60,123 nucleotides of DNA, taken from contig VBBT01000107.1 in NCBI GenBank assembly GCA_005881695.1, positions 1 to 60,123 of the forward strand. The letters run 5' to 3'. Shown in pieces: positions 37,142 through 46,726 of the stretch. How positions within the stretch are numbered: the first letter of the stretch is position 1; the number at the start of each line of letters is the position of its first letter. This DNA is from Candidatus Bathyarchaeota archaeon (GTDB lineage: Archaea > Thermoproteota > Bathyarchaeia > 40CM-2-53-6). The notes under the pieces are model-generated. The model saw only the letters and a program-made list of their open reading frames with translations, made no database searches and was not told the origin of the DNA. The position numbers were made by a program, and so were the translations under genes.

Positions 37142-37185
37142 TGTACGCTGCGCATTCTTTAACTGATTCCAGCGGTACGATTTAG

Positions 37186-37815
37186 ATGTCCATGTCGCGC
37201 AAAGTGCGAGATTACTTCGAACTCGTTTCTCCTCAATGGGACGTGATGAGAAAGAGCTTCTATGGCGAAGAGGTACGGGACGCTGTGTTAAACGCGGCTC
37301 GAATCAGTCCCGACGACACCGTTCTAGACGTAGGCGCTGGAACAGGGTTTCTGACGGAAGCAGCTGCTATGGTCGCACGAAAAGTCATCGCCCTCGACTT
37401 CTCAAGGGGGATGAGTGATGAAGCAATTGCGAAACTGGGGAAAGGAAAAGTGGAATTTCGGATTGGAAATGTGGAACGTATGCAGTTGCAAGATTCATCT
37501 GTCAATGTTGTAATCGGCAACATGGTATTGCACCACTGCCCACACCCAAGGGCGGCGGTCGGGGAGATGTCGAGAGTGCTCAAACCGGGAGGGAGAATCG
37601 CGTTCTCCGACCTCCAAGAACATAGCCACGAGTGGCTTCGGAAAGAACACGCGGACCTGTGGCTTGGGTTCAAGATGGAGGACATTGCTGTCATGTTGAA
37701 AGACAACGGACTAGAGAAGGTAAGCGTTGACGCGTTGTCTTCCTGCTGCTCCAGCACGCAAGAAGAAGCGGTAAAGATTCCTATGTTTCTAGCGTCCGCT
37801 CAGAAACGAGATTGA
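37186..37815 (+). CDS. Class I SAM-dependent methyltransferase (UbiE-like)
   Basis: VLDVGAGTG, LDFS..M, NMVLHH, RVLKPGG; C-terminal SSCC. Confidence 0.9.
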   Translation: MSMSRKVRDYFELVSPQWDVMRKSFYGEEVRDAVLNAARISPDDTVLDVGAGTGFLTEAAAMVARKVIALDFSRGMSDEAIAKLGKGKVEFRIGNVERMQLQDSSVNVVIGNMVLHHCPHPRAAVGEMSRVLKPGGRIAFSDLQEHSHEWLRKEHADLWLGFKMEDIAVMLKDNGLEKVSVDALSSCCSSTQEEAVKIPMFLASAQKRD

Positions 37816-37851
37816 TGGAGCGGGAGTCTTTCGGCTGCCTGTTCGACGGCC

Positions 37852-38250
37852 TTAGTGGGCTAGTTTTCGTGGATGGGCTAGCGTTCTAGGAGCATGGGTA
37901 AGAGGTTTGAACCTGTTCTTCTCGTCGACAAAGACGATTTTCGGATTCCATTGTTCGGCCTCTTTCTCATTCATCGATACGAATGCTGTGATGATGATCT
38001 CGTCCCCCGGCTGTACTTTGCGGGCAGCCGCTCCGTTGAGCGCGATAGTTCCGCTTCGCGGGTCAGCAGGGAGTGCGTAGGTGGAGAACCTCTCGCCGGT
38101 TGTAATACTCCAGATATCGACCTTCTCGAAGGGGAGAATGCCAGCAGCCTCCATCAGGGACGAGTCTATCTCGATGCTTCCCTCGTAGTTGAGATCGGAG
38201 CCCGTCACTCGCGCCCTGTGAATCTTGCCCTTGAGCATTCTCAGTTGCAA
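37852..38250 (-). CDS. panD: Aspartate 1-decarboxylase (pyruvoyl-dependent)
   Basis: KGKIHRARVT, YEG-SI cleavage site, GERFSTY, LNGAAAR, GDEIII. Confidence 0.95.
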   Translation of the reverse strand: MQLRMLKGKIHRARVTGSDLNYEGSIEIDSSLMEAAGILPFEKVDIWSITTGERFSTYALPADPRSGTIALNGAAARKVQPGDEIIITAFVSMNEKEAEQWNPKIVFVDEKNRFKPLTHAPRTLAHPRKLAH

Positions 38251-38412
38251 TCCTGCTCTTTTCCTGCCTTTTTCCTACTAAGACCCCTGTGACTCGCTAG
38301 ATTTGAACCGGGGCTACTGTCTCTCTAGAGAACTAAAGAGAAACACGTGTGCACTCGACTTTACGTGTTCTCGTTAAGTATAGATGACTAAGTTGATGGT
38401 AGAGTTAAGGCA

Positions 38413-39000
38413 ATGAAGATGCCACGGGACCCCGCGGACATCGTCCTCAAAGAAATCGAGGCTATCGGCGAGCGTTCGTTTATCCCATCTATCGGACCCG
38501 TCAAGGGAAAGATACTCGCGGAAATAGTCAAGAAGACTAAGCCAAAGCGAATTCTAGAAGTCGGAGCCCTCTATGGTTACTCGGCCATACTGATGGCCAA
38601 GAACTCGCCCCCTGGAGTTGAGATCGTCTCGGTCGAGAAGGACCCGGAACATGTGCGCATAGCCAAGAAGAACATCAAGCGGGCAAACATGGAAGAGAAG
38701 ATCACGATGGTAGAAGGAGATGGAAGAACAGAATTGCAGAAGCTCTCTGGAAGCTTTGATCTGGTCTTCTTAGACGCGGAGAAGACGCAATACCTCGCCT
38801 ATCTGAAAGCGGTCGAGAGGAATCTTCACAAGGGCAGCGTCGTCGTCGCCGACAACGTGGGCATATTCAAGGATCAGATGCAAGACTATCTGGAGTATGT
38901 TCGGAACAAGGGTCCCTACAAGAGCCGGACAGTGGAAACCCTCCTGGAATTCTCAGACAATACAAAAGACGCTATGGAGATAAGCGAGAAACTAGTCTAG
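38413..39000 (+). CDS. O-methyltransferase (COMT/TrmR-like)
   Basis: ILEVGALYGYS, FDLVFLDAEK..Y, VVADNV. Confidence 0.9.
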   Translation: MKMPRDPADIVLKEIEAIGERSFIPSIGPVKGKILAEIVKKTKPKRILEVGALYGYSAILMAKNSPPGVEIVSVEKDPEHVRIAKKNIKRANMEEKITMVEGDGRTELQKLSGSFDLVFLDAEKTQYLAYLKAVERNLHKGSVVVADNVGIFKDQMQDYLEYVRNKGPYKSRTVETLLEFSDNTKDAMEISEKLV

Positions 39001-39232
39001 TCTTCCTGGGACCTAGGGGCGATGGTGAGGAGCTAACGGGATTTGTCTTCTCGTTCAGCTGGGCACTATTCATCGTATTTGAAAAGGTGACACTGCTGAT
39101 GCCATGGCCACTCAAGCATTTTCTGATCGGCCAGTTCCCTGGCGAGTTTGAGGCACAACGTCGAGTTATGAGGCTGAGAAACGAAGAAGCGTTGGTTTGA
39201 ACGAGTTGGGGTCCGCGGAGGACTGCTTTCTT

Positions 39233-39820
39233 CTAGAATCGTTCTTTGTCTCGGAGGACGTTGCAGTATCTGGACACGAACCTGCTTATTTCTCCGGTAA
39301 CTGGGTCGTAGCTGTGTCGTTCCGCATGGCCAATATCACGGCCATAGACGTGAATGCTCGTTGTTGGTTTCCCCGAAATATTGTCGACTCTATGGATGCC
39401 ACGGTTGCCTAGAACTGTCACGTGTCCCTTCGTGTTGATCTTCTCGCTGACCTTCTCGATTTTCGCGATCTTGGGATTCGATCCATCATTTGTTCTGCGG
39501 AACAGTGCTTCCCTCTCTTCGCCATCATAGACCCCGATAAGCGCCCATGTCAGATGGTCGTGGATTGGAGTCGTCTGGCCAGGATGCCAGACTCCTCCGA
39601 CCATGGAGAACCTCTCGTCCCTTGGCATATGGATCAGGTTCATCGCGAACCTGTCCTTTCTAGGGGCGAACGCCTCGGCCGGAACTGATCCGGGGCTCCG
39701 AACGAGCTTCTCGAGGAGCGGTTTGATCCATCTCAGAACTTCTGACTCATTTGGGCATTTCCGGACGCAGGTGTCAACGTCCCTGGCGAACTGGCTGGTC
39801 GAGTATTGCTCTGTTTGCAT
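39233..39820 (-). CDS. Cysteine dioxygenase-like cupin (thiol dioxygenase family)
   Basis: WHPGQTTPIHDH..W, IHRV.N, SIHVYG. Confidence 0.88.
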   Translation of the reverse strand: MQTEQYSTSQFARDVDTCVRKCPNESEVLRWIKPLLEKLVRSPGSVPAEAFAPRKDRFAMNLIHMPRDERFSMVGGVWHPGQTTPIHDHLTWALIGVYDGEEREALFRRTNDGSNPKIAKIEKVSEKINTKGHVTVLGNRGIHRVDNISGKPTTSIHVYGRDIGHAERHSYDPVTGEISRFVSRYCNVLRDKERF

Positions 39821-39984
39821 CAATGGAGATTTCAGGAATCGATTACTAATAGCCTTGGTGTCCAATCGGCTTGATGAGACGGCAAATGGTGTTCCTAATG
39901 GTCGGAGCGCAATTCTACGGGTGACGTTCTCGGAAGTCGTCTGGAACAGAAAGCAATAAGTCAATTCCCGCATGGTTATTCTCC

Positions 39985-41175
39985 GTGAAGCTCGACAAAG
40001 TCCCCCTAAAGATGGAATTTCTCAGGAAGAAGCTGAAGTGGATTCAGCAGACGATGAGGGAACAGGGAATAGACATCTGGATTACATTCACGCGGGAAGG
40101 GAACGAAGATCCACTAGCTCAGGATCTGAGATTCAGTGATCTAACGTGGAGGTCCGCAGCAATAATCGACCAAGATGGAACGAAGACCGCTGTAGTCGGA
40201 AGCCTGGAAGTCGATACGATCAAACAGAACAAGTTCTACGACGAGGTAGTTGGCTACACGACCGAAGGTGCAGCTCCTAAGCTGAAACAGATCATCGGAA
40301 GAAGGAAACCGAAGAGCATCGCAGTTAACACAAGTTACGACGAGGGTGCTGCAGATGGCCTGACGAGCGGCATGGAAGCGTATCTCAAACGGGCTATGAA
40401 GGGATATTCCAAACGGTTCGTATCAGGGGAGGACTTGGCTATTGCGTTGCGTGCGAGGCTCGTTCCTGAGGAAGTAGAACTGGTAAAGAAGGCGATTGTT
40501 GAGTGCGAAAAGATCTACGATGGTGTTGAAGATGCTATCAGGCCGGGTAAGAGGGATAAGTATGTCCACGAGTTCGCCCACAAACTTGTCGCTGAAAAGG
40601 GCCTATCCACAGCTTGGGCCTATGACCGCTGTCCGTCGGTGAATGTCGCTGGCAATCCGATGGGACATATAGGCTATCACAACGCAATTATTAGAAACGG
40701 TGATTTCGTCAAGCTCGACTTCGGAGTCAACTATGAGGGCTACTGCAGCGACATCCAGCGAGTCTATTTCGTCGGGCCTGGAAACATTCCGAACTCTGTG
40801 AAACGAATGTTCGAGACCGCAAGGGCTGCAAACGATGCCGCTCTCGCAGCGCTAAAGCCCGGAACCATAGGATACCAAGTCGATAGTGCTGGCAGAAAGC
40901 TGATAGTCAAGAAAGGGTATCCTGAGTACAAGCATGCCTTGGGACACGTTTTGGGCCGGAGCACCCATGAGATCGGGCCCCTGCTCGGTCCCAGATGGCC
41001 GAACCGGTATGGTAAGCAGGTGGAGAAGTCGGTTCAGAAAGACATGGTCTTCACGATCGAACCTTCAGTAACAAGCAAGCTCGGGACTTGCAACCTGGAG
41101 CAGGATGTCTTAGTCACTGCAGGCGGCTACCAACAACTATCTAAGCCACAGGAAGACATAATCAGGGTGGGATGA
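39985..41175 (+). CDS. M24 family (Xaa-Pro) aminopeptidase
   Basis: Metal ligands in LDFG, CSDIQR, HALGH, TIEP, LEQD. Confidence 0.92.
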   Translation: MKLDKVPLKMEFLRKKLKWIQQTMREQGIDIWITFTREGNEDPLAQDLRFSDLTWRSAAIIDQDGTKTAVVGSLEVDTIKQNKFYDEVVGYTTEGAAPKLKQIIGRRKPKSIAVNTSYDEGAADGLTSGMEAYLKRAMKGYSKRFVSGEDLAIALRARLVPEEVELVKKAIVECEKIYDGVEDAIRPGKRDKYVHEFAHKLVAEKGLSTAWAYDRCPSVNVAGNPMGHIGYHNAIIRNGDFVKLDFGVNYEGYCSDIQRVYFVGPGNIPNSVKRMFETARAANDAALAALKPGTIGYQVDSAGRKLIVKKGYPEYKHALGHVLGRSTHEIGPLLGPRWPNRYGKQVEKSVQKDMVFTIEPSVTSKLGTCNLEQDVLVTAGGYQQLSKPQEDIIRVG

Positions 41176-41355
41176 CGCTCGGAACCGATTAAGACGTTAG
41201 AGCAGACAACTCACACCTGTCCGGTCTGTGGGACTACGGGACCCTGTACTCGTTCATCTGGGGAAACGGACGAGTTTAGGTATCACAACTGCCACGTCTG
41301 CGGGTCCACTTGGAAGGAGCAGAAAAGCTCGTCTAAGCCCAAATCAGACAAGTAA
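41172..41355 (+). CDS. Small zinc-ribbon protein, paralog of 29214..29411; start ambiguous (not in ORF track)
   Basis: EQTTHTCPVCGTTGPCTRSSGETDEFRYHNCHVCGSTWKEQK; ATG 41172 is one base out of frame. Confidence 0.65.
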
Positions 41356-41398
41356 CGATTGACTGGCCCGTCTCCTACTCTTCACGTCTTGATGCAGG

Positions 41399-42073
41399 CT
41401 ATAGCTTCCAGAAGTCTCCTTTCAGACCCATTGAATTCATGTAAATGTTGAGTTCATCCTTAGTCGGCCTCGCGTAATCAAGCTTCATCTTGTATTGGTA
41501 CAGGGGGATGCTCAGCTTTATCGCCTGATCAATGCTGAGCGTCTTTCCGGTTTGTCCCGGATGTTTCTCCTGCCACTCCTCCTGGTCTCTCTTTGAGCTG
41601 AAGAAGATCATGTTGTTTGAACACGTGTTGACCACGTTCTCCCACCACTTTGAGGCAGGTACACCGATGAATATGATCGGCTCTTTTGGTTTTGATGATA
41701 CAATCTTGTTCTTGCTCAATTGTATCTTGATCTTCTCTGCGCAGTGGTGGCAGAATGAATCAACTGTCGTGTCTTCGCCTAGCATCACATGAAAAGCGAT
41801 AGCGTCCCAGGCACAATTGGCGAAGTACTTCTTGTTGGATACGAATACCCCGAACGGAGAGGCGATACTCGAGAAAGGGTGAGCCATTAGTATCCTCTGG
41901 GACCCAGCCAACAGAACCAGTAGATGACTGTCATGGAGCTCCTTCAAGACCCCGAAGGCAGCCACTCTGTCCAGCTCAAACCGTGCCATTATTTCCTCTA
42001 GAACTGGTGGACGCGAATATTCTAGAAACCGATCGAAAACAAATTTCCTTACTGTCTTAGAGAGGGCCGACAA
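41399..42073 (-). CDS. merB: Organomercurial lyase MerB-like protein
   Basis: N-terminal helical/wHTH part, MAHPFS, ANCAWDA, CHHC, C...IFFSS. Confidence 0.8.
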   Translation of the reverse strand: MSALSKTVRKFVFDRFLEYSRPPVLEEIMARFELDRVAAFGVLKELHDSHLLVLLAGSQRILMAHPFSSIASPFGVFVSNKKYFANCAWDAIAFHVMLGEDTTVDSFCHHCAEKIKIQLSKNKIVSSKPKEPIIFIGVPASKWWENVVNTCSNNMIFFSSKRDQEEWQEKHPGQTGKTLSIDQAIKLSIPLYQYKMKLDYARPTKDELNIYMNSMGLKGDFWKL

Positions 42074-42230
42074 GTCTGGCCCGTCTCATCTTCGGGGGTT
42101 AATTAGACATGCAAACTATGTCGGAAGTCGTTGTCTACTCGGACTGTGGAGGATATTCTCTTTCCTAAGAAAACGAGAGCGTAATGGAGAAGCTCGTTTT
42201 TAACTCGTTTTGATGCTAGCCTGTCTGGAT

Positions 42231-42563
42231 CTAGTTCGGGTCTGCTACGGCTGCGGGCGGATGCTTGCCTTTGGCGTGGAGGAAGAGGTGCTTGGCGGAC
42301 TTGTACGTATGACCCGCCGACAATGAGACCAGGCTGGTAAAGACCCAGAAGAAGGGGACGCCTTGAATGGTAATGTTCTTGACCTGATACTGGTAAACGC
42401 CTTGGACCCCAACACTTGTTTCCGTGATACTTGTTACTGGAGGCGTGGTAAGGAAGACGAAGAGAAGGAGGAGCGTACTGGCAAAGCCTACGAGCGATAC
42501 GAGGCTCATCAATGACTCGACCACTCTCTCGAACCTTACCAGAAAGCCCATGGCAGAGCCCAC
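42231..42563 (-). CDS. Small membrane protein
   Basis: Two hydrophobic segments. Confidence 0.5.
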   Translation of the reverse strand: MGSAMGFLVRFERVVESLMSLVSLVGFASTLLLLFVFLTTPPVTSITETSVGVQGVYQYQVKNITIQGVPFFWVFTSLVSLSAGHTYKSAKHLFLHAKGKHPPAAVADPN

Positions 42564-42693
42564 TTGGAGCCGTCCCAGAAATAATCGAGATGTTACCCAA
42601 CAGGGTTAGTCGGATGCACTCCTCCATACCTATGCTTGGACATATTTGATGGAGGTACGGAGTTGACAGGACCAGACAGCACGATCTTCAAAC

Positions 42694-42761
42694 ACTTCTT
42701 TTCTGTAACTTTTGTTCTTACGTAACTTTTCTTTTTCTGTAACTATTTTCTTCTGCTAACT
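42694..42761. repeat. Four tandem degenerate 17-bp direct repeats (consensus TTTCTTTTTCTGTAACT)
   Basis: acttcttttctgtaact / tttgttcttacgtaact / tttctttttctgtaact / attttcttctgctaact. Confidence 0.85.
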
Positions 42762-42768
42762 ATTATGT

Positions 42769-42785
42769 GACCACCCGGGGTGGTC
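42769..42785. repeat. Perfect 17-bp palindrome GACCACCC-G-GGGTGGTC
   Basis: 8-bp arms, 7 nt downstream of the 17-bp array. Confidence 0.8.
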
Positions 42786-42856
42786 GATTTTCGCGCGCCC
42801 CGCCCTCCATGAAAACGCCCAGGTCCACCCAGATACCCGTGCGCGAGGAGACCCCT

Positions 42857-43966
42857 TCAGTCGTGTCCTCTAAGCACCCTAAGGGCATTCAGGGTCACCC
42901 AAGGGTTGGCCTTGCCGACCTCGCCTAGGCTTGCGTATATGTTCGGAACCTCCACTACCTTTCCTGCGCTCTTGTAGATGTTGGAGAGGTCAACGCCTTC
43001 TTCCTGCACAGAATGCCATTGTCCCGTCTTCTGATCTTTCACGAAATTCCGTCGTAAAGCGCGAAGGTATGTGGCTTCCATCGGCCAGGTCCCGTCCGGC
43101 AACCGTTTCGACAATAACAACTCCCGAGCATCCTTCGTCCTTTCATCTCGACCGAAACCCAGCGCTGTGACTACGCGCAAGCCCTGCAGGACGTCGTAGA
43201 AGTAGAACAGAGGAAAATGCAGTTGCGTCCATTCCGGGCGAATCACCTTGTCGGACGTATCGCTCTTGAATAGCCGGTGCATAAGCATGAATTCCACGCC
43301 TCTTTCCACCGCTTCCCGTCCGCCACGCGGCCACTTCTGGGGATCAAGAGAAGAAAACGCCCACAACGGCTCTATCGTCGACATGAACGAACTATGGTGA
43401 ACAGCCCCGCCATCTCGTTTCTCAGTCTCGCAGTTCCATCCTCCATCATCGCGCTGGTACTTCACAAGCCAGTCAAACATCTCTCGCACGCGGGGATCAT
43501 TCTCAAACCCGAACTCTGCAAGCGTCCGTGCCATGTTGCCGGTTACACAGGGCTCCCAGACCAAACGCCAACCTCGCAAATCCTCATCAGGATACTTTGG
43601 CGCCGGCCAAGAACGATCCTGCTCGTCCATGACTTTTAGGAAATACTCGCACCCTCTCTTGATCGAGGGATTCGACCCTGGAACACCCAGTTCAGCCAAC
43701 AATATCAGCGCCCAGACCGTTGCACTCCACTTGGGCCAGTACACGTCTTCCCCATCACCCCAGTACCCTGCCGGGTGTTGTTCTTTCAAGTACTCGGCTA
43801 CCGGACTCCAAGTTGCAATATCATTCAAGGCTGAGACAACTTCGGTATCGCTCCCGGACCCTCCAAGAATATCCTTGAGCGTCCAGTATCGAATGCCTGG
43901 ATTCTCATTCTTTAGGAGCAAGGCGACAGCCTGGTCCCACTTTGCGACCTCGACAGTACTAGCCAA
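42857..43966 (-). CDS. Prenyltransferase/squalene-cyclase-like alpha-barrel protein
   Basis: QW-like repeats QHPAGYW, QRDDGGWNC, RLPDGTW; FPLFYFYDVL; PWVTLNALRVL. Confidence 0.8.
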   Translation of the reverse strand: MASTVEVAKWDQAVALLLKNENPGIRYWTLKDILGGSGSDTEVVSALNDIATWSPVAEYLKEQHPAGYWGDGEDVYWPKWSATVWALILLAELGVPGSNPSIKRGCEYFLKVMDEQDRSWPAPKYPDEDLRGWRLVWEPCVTGNMARTLAEFGFENDPRVREMFDWLVKYQRDDGGWNCETEKRDGGAVHHSSFMSTIEPLWAFSSLDPQKWPRGGREAVERGVEFMLMHRLFKSDTSDKVIRPEWTQLHFPLFYFYDVLQGLRVVTALGFGRDERTKDARELLLSKRLPDGTWPMEATYLRALRRNFVKDQKTGQWHSVQEEGVDLSNIYKSAGKVVEVPNIYASLGEVGKANPWVTLNALRVLRGHD

Positions 43967-44081
43967 TAAGGTGAAACTCCGTTAGAGGGAACGGTTAGCG
44001 TCCCACCAATTAAAGCGAACTCTACAAACTCTTGTCGGAGCTAACGATGCAATCAGGAACTAGCCAAATGATGTAAGGGGG

Positions 44082-45029
44082 TTAGGCCGAGTATTTCTGG
44101 TAGAACTCTTCAAGTTCCTTCCGGGTTGGGCTTCCTCTGGTCTCTGGCCTACCGGCCTTGAAGGCTGCTGCCATGTTTCCATGCTTGAGCGCCTCGATGT
44201 CGGCAAGACCTAGGACCTTGTAGGCTGCGAACGCCCCGACAAATGCATCTCCGCACCCGGTCGTGTTAACGATCTTCCGTCCCATCTTTGCCAGGTTGAC
44301 ACTCTTCATCTTCAACTGCTTCCCCTTATCATAAAACGCGAACCCTTTACTTCCTAATGTGACGAGAATCTTCATCTTTGGCGCGACCTTGTTGAAGGCG
44401 ACGACAGACTCCGCTAGAGAGCGAGTACCAGCAAAGGCCAGCGCCTCATGCTCGTTCAAGACTAGATAGTCCAAGCCCTCCATTTCCCCTCTGAATTCTT
44501 CCATTCCGAATCTTGTCAAAACACCTGGATGCCAGAGAACCGTTCGTCGGAGGCGGCGTCCTTCCGACAGGATTCTTCCGGCTACATGGCGTGGCGGGTC
44601 AATGACGACCATCATCTGGCAATTGCCGAAGAGATTCTGGACCTCTGGGAGCATGATGTGGTCCCGTTTCAGCCCGGCATTCGCGCCGAAATGCGTCTCG
44701 ATATTGTTCCTGCCCTTCTCGTCAACCGTAATGTACGCCTGTCCCGACTCGAGATTGATCAGCGTCTGGACCGCGGAAGTGTCCACCCCATCCTGTTTGA
44801 GAATCGACAGCTGCTTCTTGCCGATCTCATCCTTCCCGATACAGGCTAGCAGGGCCACCTTTCCGTGGCCGAGGATTCGGGATGCGGCAACCGAAACATT
44901 CCCGCCTTTTCCGCCAGGAACTCGGTCGATCTTTTCTACAACCACCTCTTCGCCCGGTCGGGGGAGTCGTTTGACGAAGAGGTTGATGTCCCAGTTGAGG
45001 GCACCTGTCACAACAAGGTCTAGCGGCAA
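44082..45029 (-). CDS. PfkB family carbohydrate kinase (ribokinase-like)
   Basis: PGGKGGN, LNEHE, VTLGSKG, NTTGCGDAF. Confidence 0.92.
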   Translation of the reverse strand: MPLDLVVTGALNWDINLFVKRLPRPGEEVVVEKIDRVPGGKGGNVSVAASRILGHGKVALLACIGKDEIGKKQLSILKQDGVDTSAVQTLINLESGQAYITVDEKGRNNIETHFGANAGLKRDHIMLPEVQNLFGNCQMMVVIDPPRHVAGRILSEGRRLRRTVLWHPGVLTRFGMEEFRGEMEGLDYLVLNEHEALAFAGTRSLAESVVAFNKVAPKMKILVTLGSKGFAFYDKGKQLKMKSVNLAKMGRKIVNTTGCGDAFVGAFAAYKVLGLADIEALKHGNMAAAFKAGRPETRGSPTRKELEEFYQKYSA

Positions 45030-45090
45030 ACTAAGCCTGCCTCCCTGTTAGACCGGTCAACTCTGCATCTTCGGAATCGAAATTTGCTTT

Positions 45091-45987
45091 TTAGCTCTTC
45101 AACGCAGCCGCTATGACTGGAGCGACAGTCACCTTGCTGATTGGACCGGGATAAGTGTCTGTTCCGATCACCTTTAGCACTCCAGCGGCTTTGATCCGTT
45201 TCAGTGCCCCCTCGGCGAGGACTGGGTGGGTGCAGACCACAAAAATGCGTTTCGCGCCTCCCTTCTTGCAGGCATTCGCAGCCTCCGCGATAGTTCCGCC
45301 TGTGCTGATGATGTCGTCGGCGAAGACCACATCTCGTCCTTTCAACTCAATGTCACCAGCGTCGACTTCAACCTTGGACGAGGTCATCCCTTCTTTTCGG
45401 ACTCGTACCTTACGAAACGCCACATGCTCTGAGTCCAGCTCCTTTGCCACTACGGTAGCCCATTGCTCTGCTTCCTCGTCGGGACCGATCACGATCGGGT
45501 TGCGCGGTTTGAAGTGTTCTCTAGCGTACTTTCCGAGTTCATGCATCGCGGTGAGGTTGTGAGCAGGGATCTTGAAGACTTTGGCGACGTCTCCGAGTCG
45601 GTGAAGGTGACAGTCTATTGTAAAGAACGATGTCGTGCCGGCGGATTCTAGGAGACGGGCTACTGATGCAGAACTGACTGCTTCTCCCGGGTAGAATCGT
45701 GAGTCTTGTCTCGCATATGCGAGGTAGGGTATTACGGCGGTGATGGAGCGGGCTCCCAGGTCCCTGAGTGTATCCGTTAGCAAGAGAAGTTCGAATATGT
45801 TCTCGTCAGGTGTTCGATAGAGAGACTGAATTGCGACAACGTCTTGGTCCTTGACGTTATCGTGGATTCGGAGATATTTTTCGCCGTCAGGAAAACGCTT
45901 CACTTCCAATTGGCCGGCTTCTTGGCCGAGTTCTTTTGCGACTTTCTCTGCGAGGGGTTGGCTTGCGGACCCGCCTAGTATGAGCAT
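45091..45987 (-). CDS. prs: Ribose-phosphate pyrophosphokinase
   Basis: RFPDGE, PYLAYARQD..F.PGE, DDIISTGGT, TH, TDT. Confidence 0.95.
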   Translation of the reverse strand: MLILGGSASQPLAEKVAKELGQEAGQLEVKRFPDGEKYLRIHDNVKDQDVVAIQSLYRTPDENIFELLLLTDTLRDLGARSITAVIPYLAYARQDSRFYPGEAVSSASVARLLESAGTTSFFTIDCHLHRLGDVAKVFKIPAHNLTAMHELGKYAREHFKPRNPIVIGPDEEAEQWATVVAKELDSEHVAFRKVRVRKEGMTSSKVEVDAGDIELKGRDVVFADDIISTGGTIAEAANACKKGGAKRIFVVCTHPVLAEGALKRIKAAGVLKVIGTDTYPGPISKVTVAPVIAAALKS

Positions 45988-46075
45988 GGAAGAACCAGAC
46001 CGACCGTGGCGTGCTAATAAAAGTGAGGGCTCAAGCCAATCACATTATAACTGCTGATCAACTCGGTCCTTCCAG

Positions 46076-46726
46076 ATGTCTCTACTAGGAAGGGCAGGAC
46101 TCGACCTACGATCATGGGCGAAGAGCCTGCGACTTGCAAAACAGATCATCCTGATATGCATAGCAGGATTCGTGCTTGCACTGCTTGGTCTGCGGATACT
46201 CGGAACCTCAACAGACACCTCCATCGCCATTTCCCTCTACCGTTCCATATCCGGTGATACCCTTGTCCCTCTAGTCTTTGGGGTAGCGACGGTGGGAGAT
46301 CTCATCTGGGCCCCTCTAATTTTCTGGCTCTACGTCTTCCGCAAGGACAGCAATGAATGGAACAGCTCGCTAATACTGGCCGTGGCGATGGTGACTGCAA
46401 TGAGTCTCACGGACGTGTTGAAAGCATCTTTCAACCTTCCAAGACCGTTCCAGATGCCTTCGCTCGGAATAGTCGCTCGTGGTGAAATCCCCACTAACCC
46501 CGGATTCCCATCCGGACACACGACAAACGCGTTCACAGTCGCCACAGTGATATGGTCCAGGTATAACGCCTGGCGTGTTCCCTTCGTTCTTCTCGCGATC
46601 GCCACCGGTATCTCCATGATCATTCTGGGTTTGCACTTTCCGAGTGATGCTATCGGCGGCGCTTTTCTTGGAATCTTCTGCGGTACATTCGCTCTGGGAT
46701 TGGCGAAACTCCGGTCGACCAAGTGA
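46076..46726 (+). CDS. PAP2 family membrane phosphatase
   Basis: K....PRP, FPSGH, LGLHFPSD. Confidence 0.88.
   Translation: MSLLGRAGLDLRSWAKSLRLAKQIILICIAGFVLALLGLRILGTSTDTSIAISLYRSISGDTLVPLVFGVATVGDLIWAPLIFWLYVFRKDSNEWNSSLILAVAMVTAMSLTDVLKASFNLPRPFQMPSLGIVARGEIPTNPGFPSGHTTNAFTVATVIWSRYNAWRVPFVLLAIATGISMIILGLHFPSDAIGGAFLGIFCGTFALGLAKLRSTK

Noticed and set aside
38338-38372. Imperfect inverted repeat in the panD / O-methyltransferase divergent promoter
   Set aside because: Single occurrence with a bulge and no candidate regulator; too weak to call
42694-42761. CRISPR array
   Set aside because: Units are 17 bp, directly adjacent and degenerate, with no unique spacers and no cas genes
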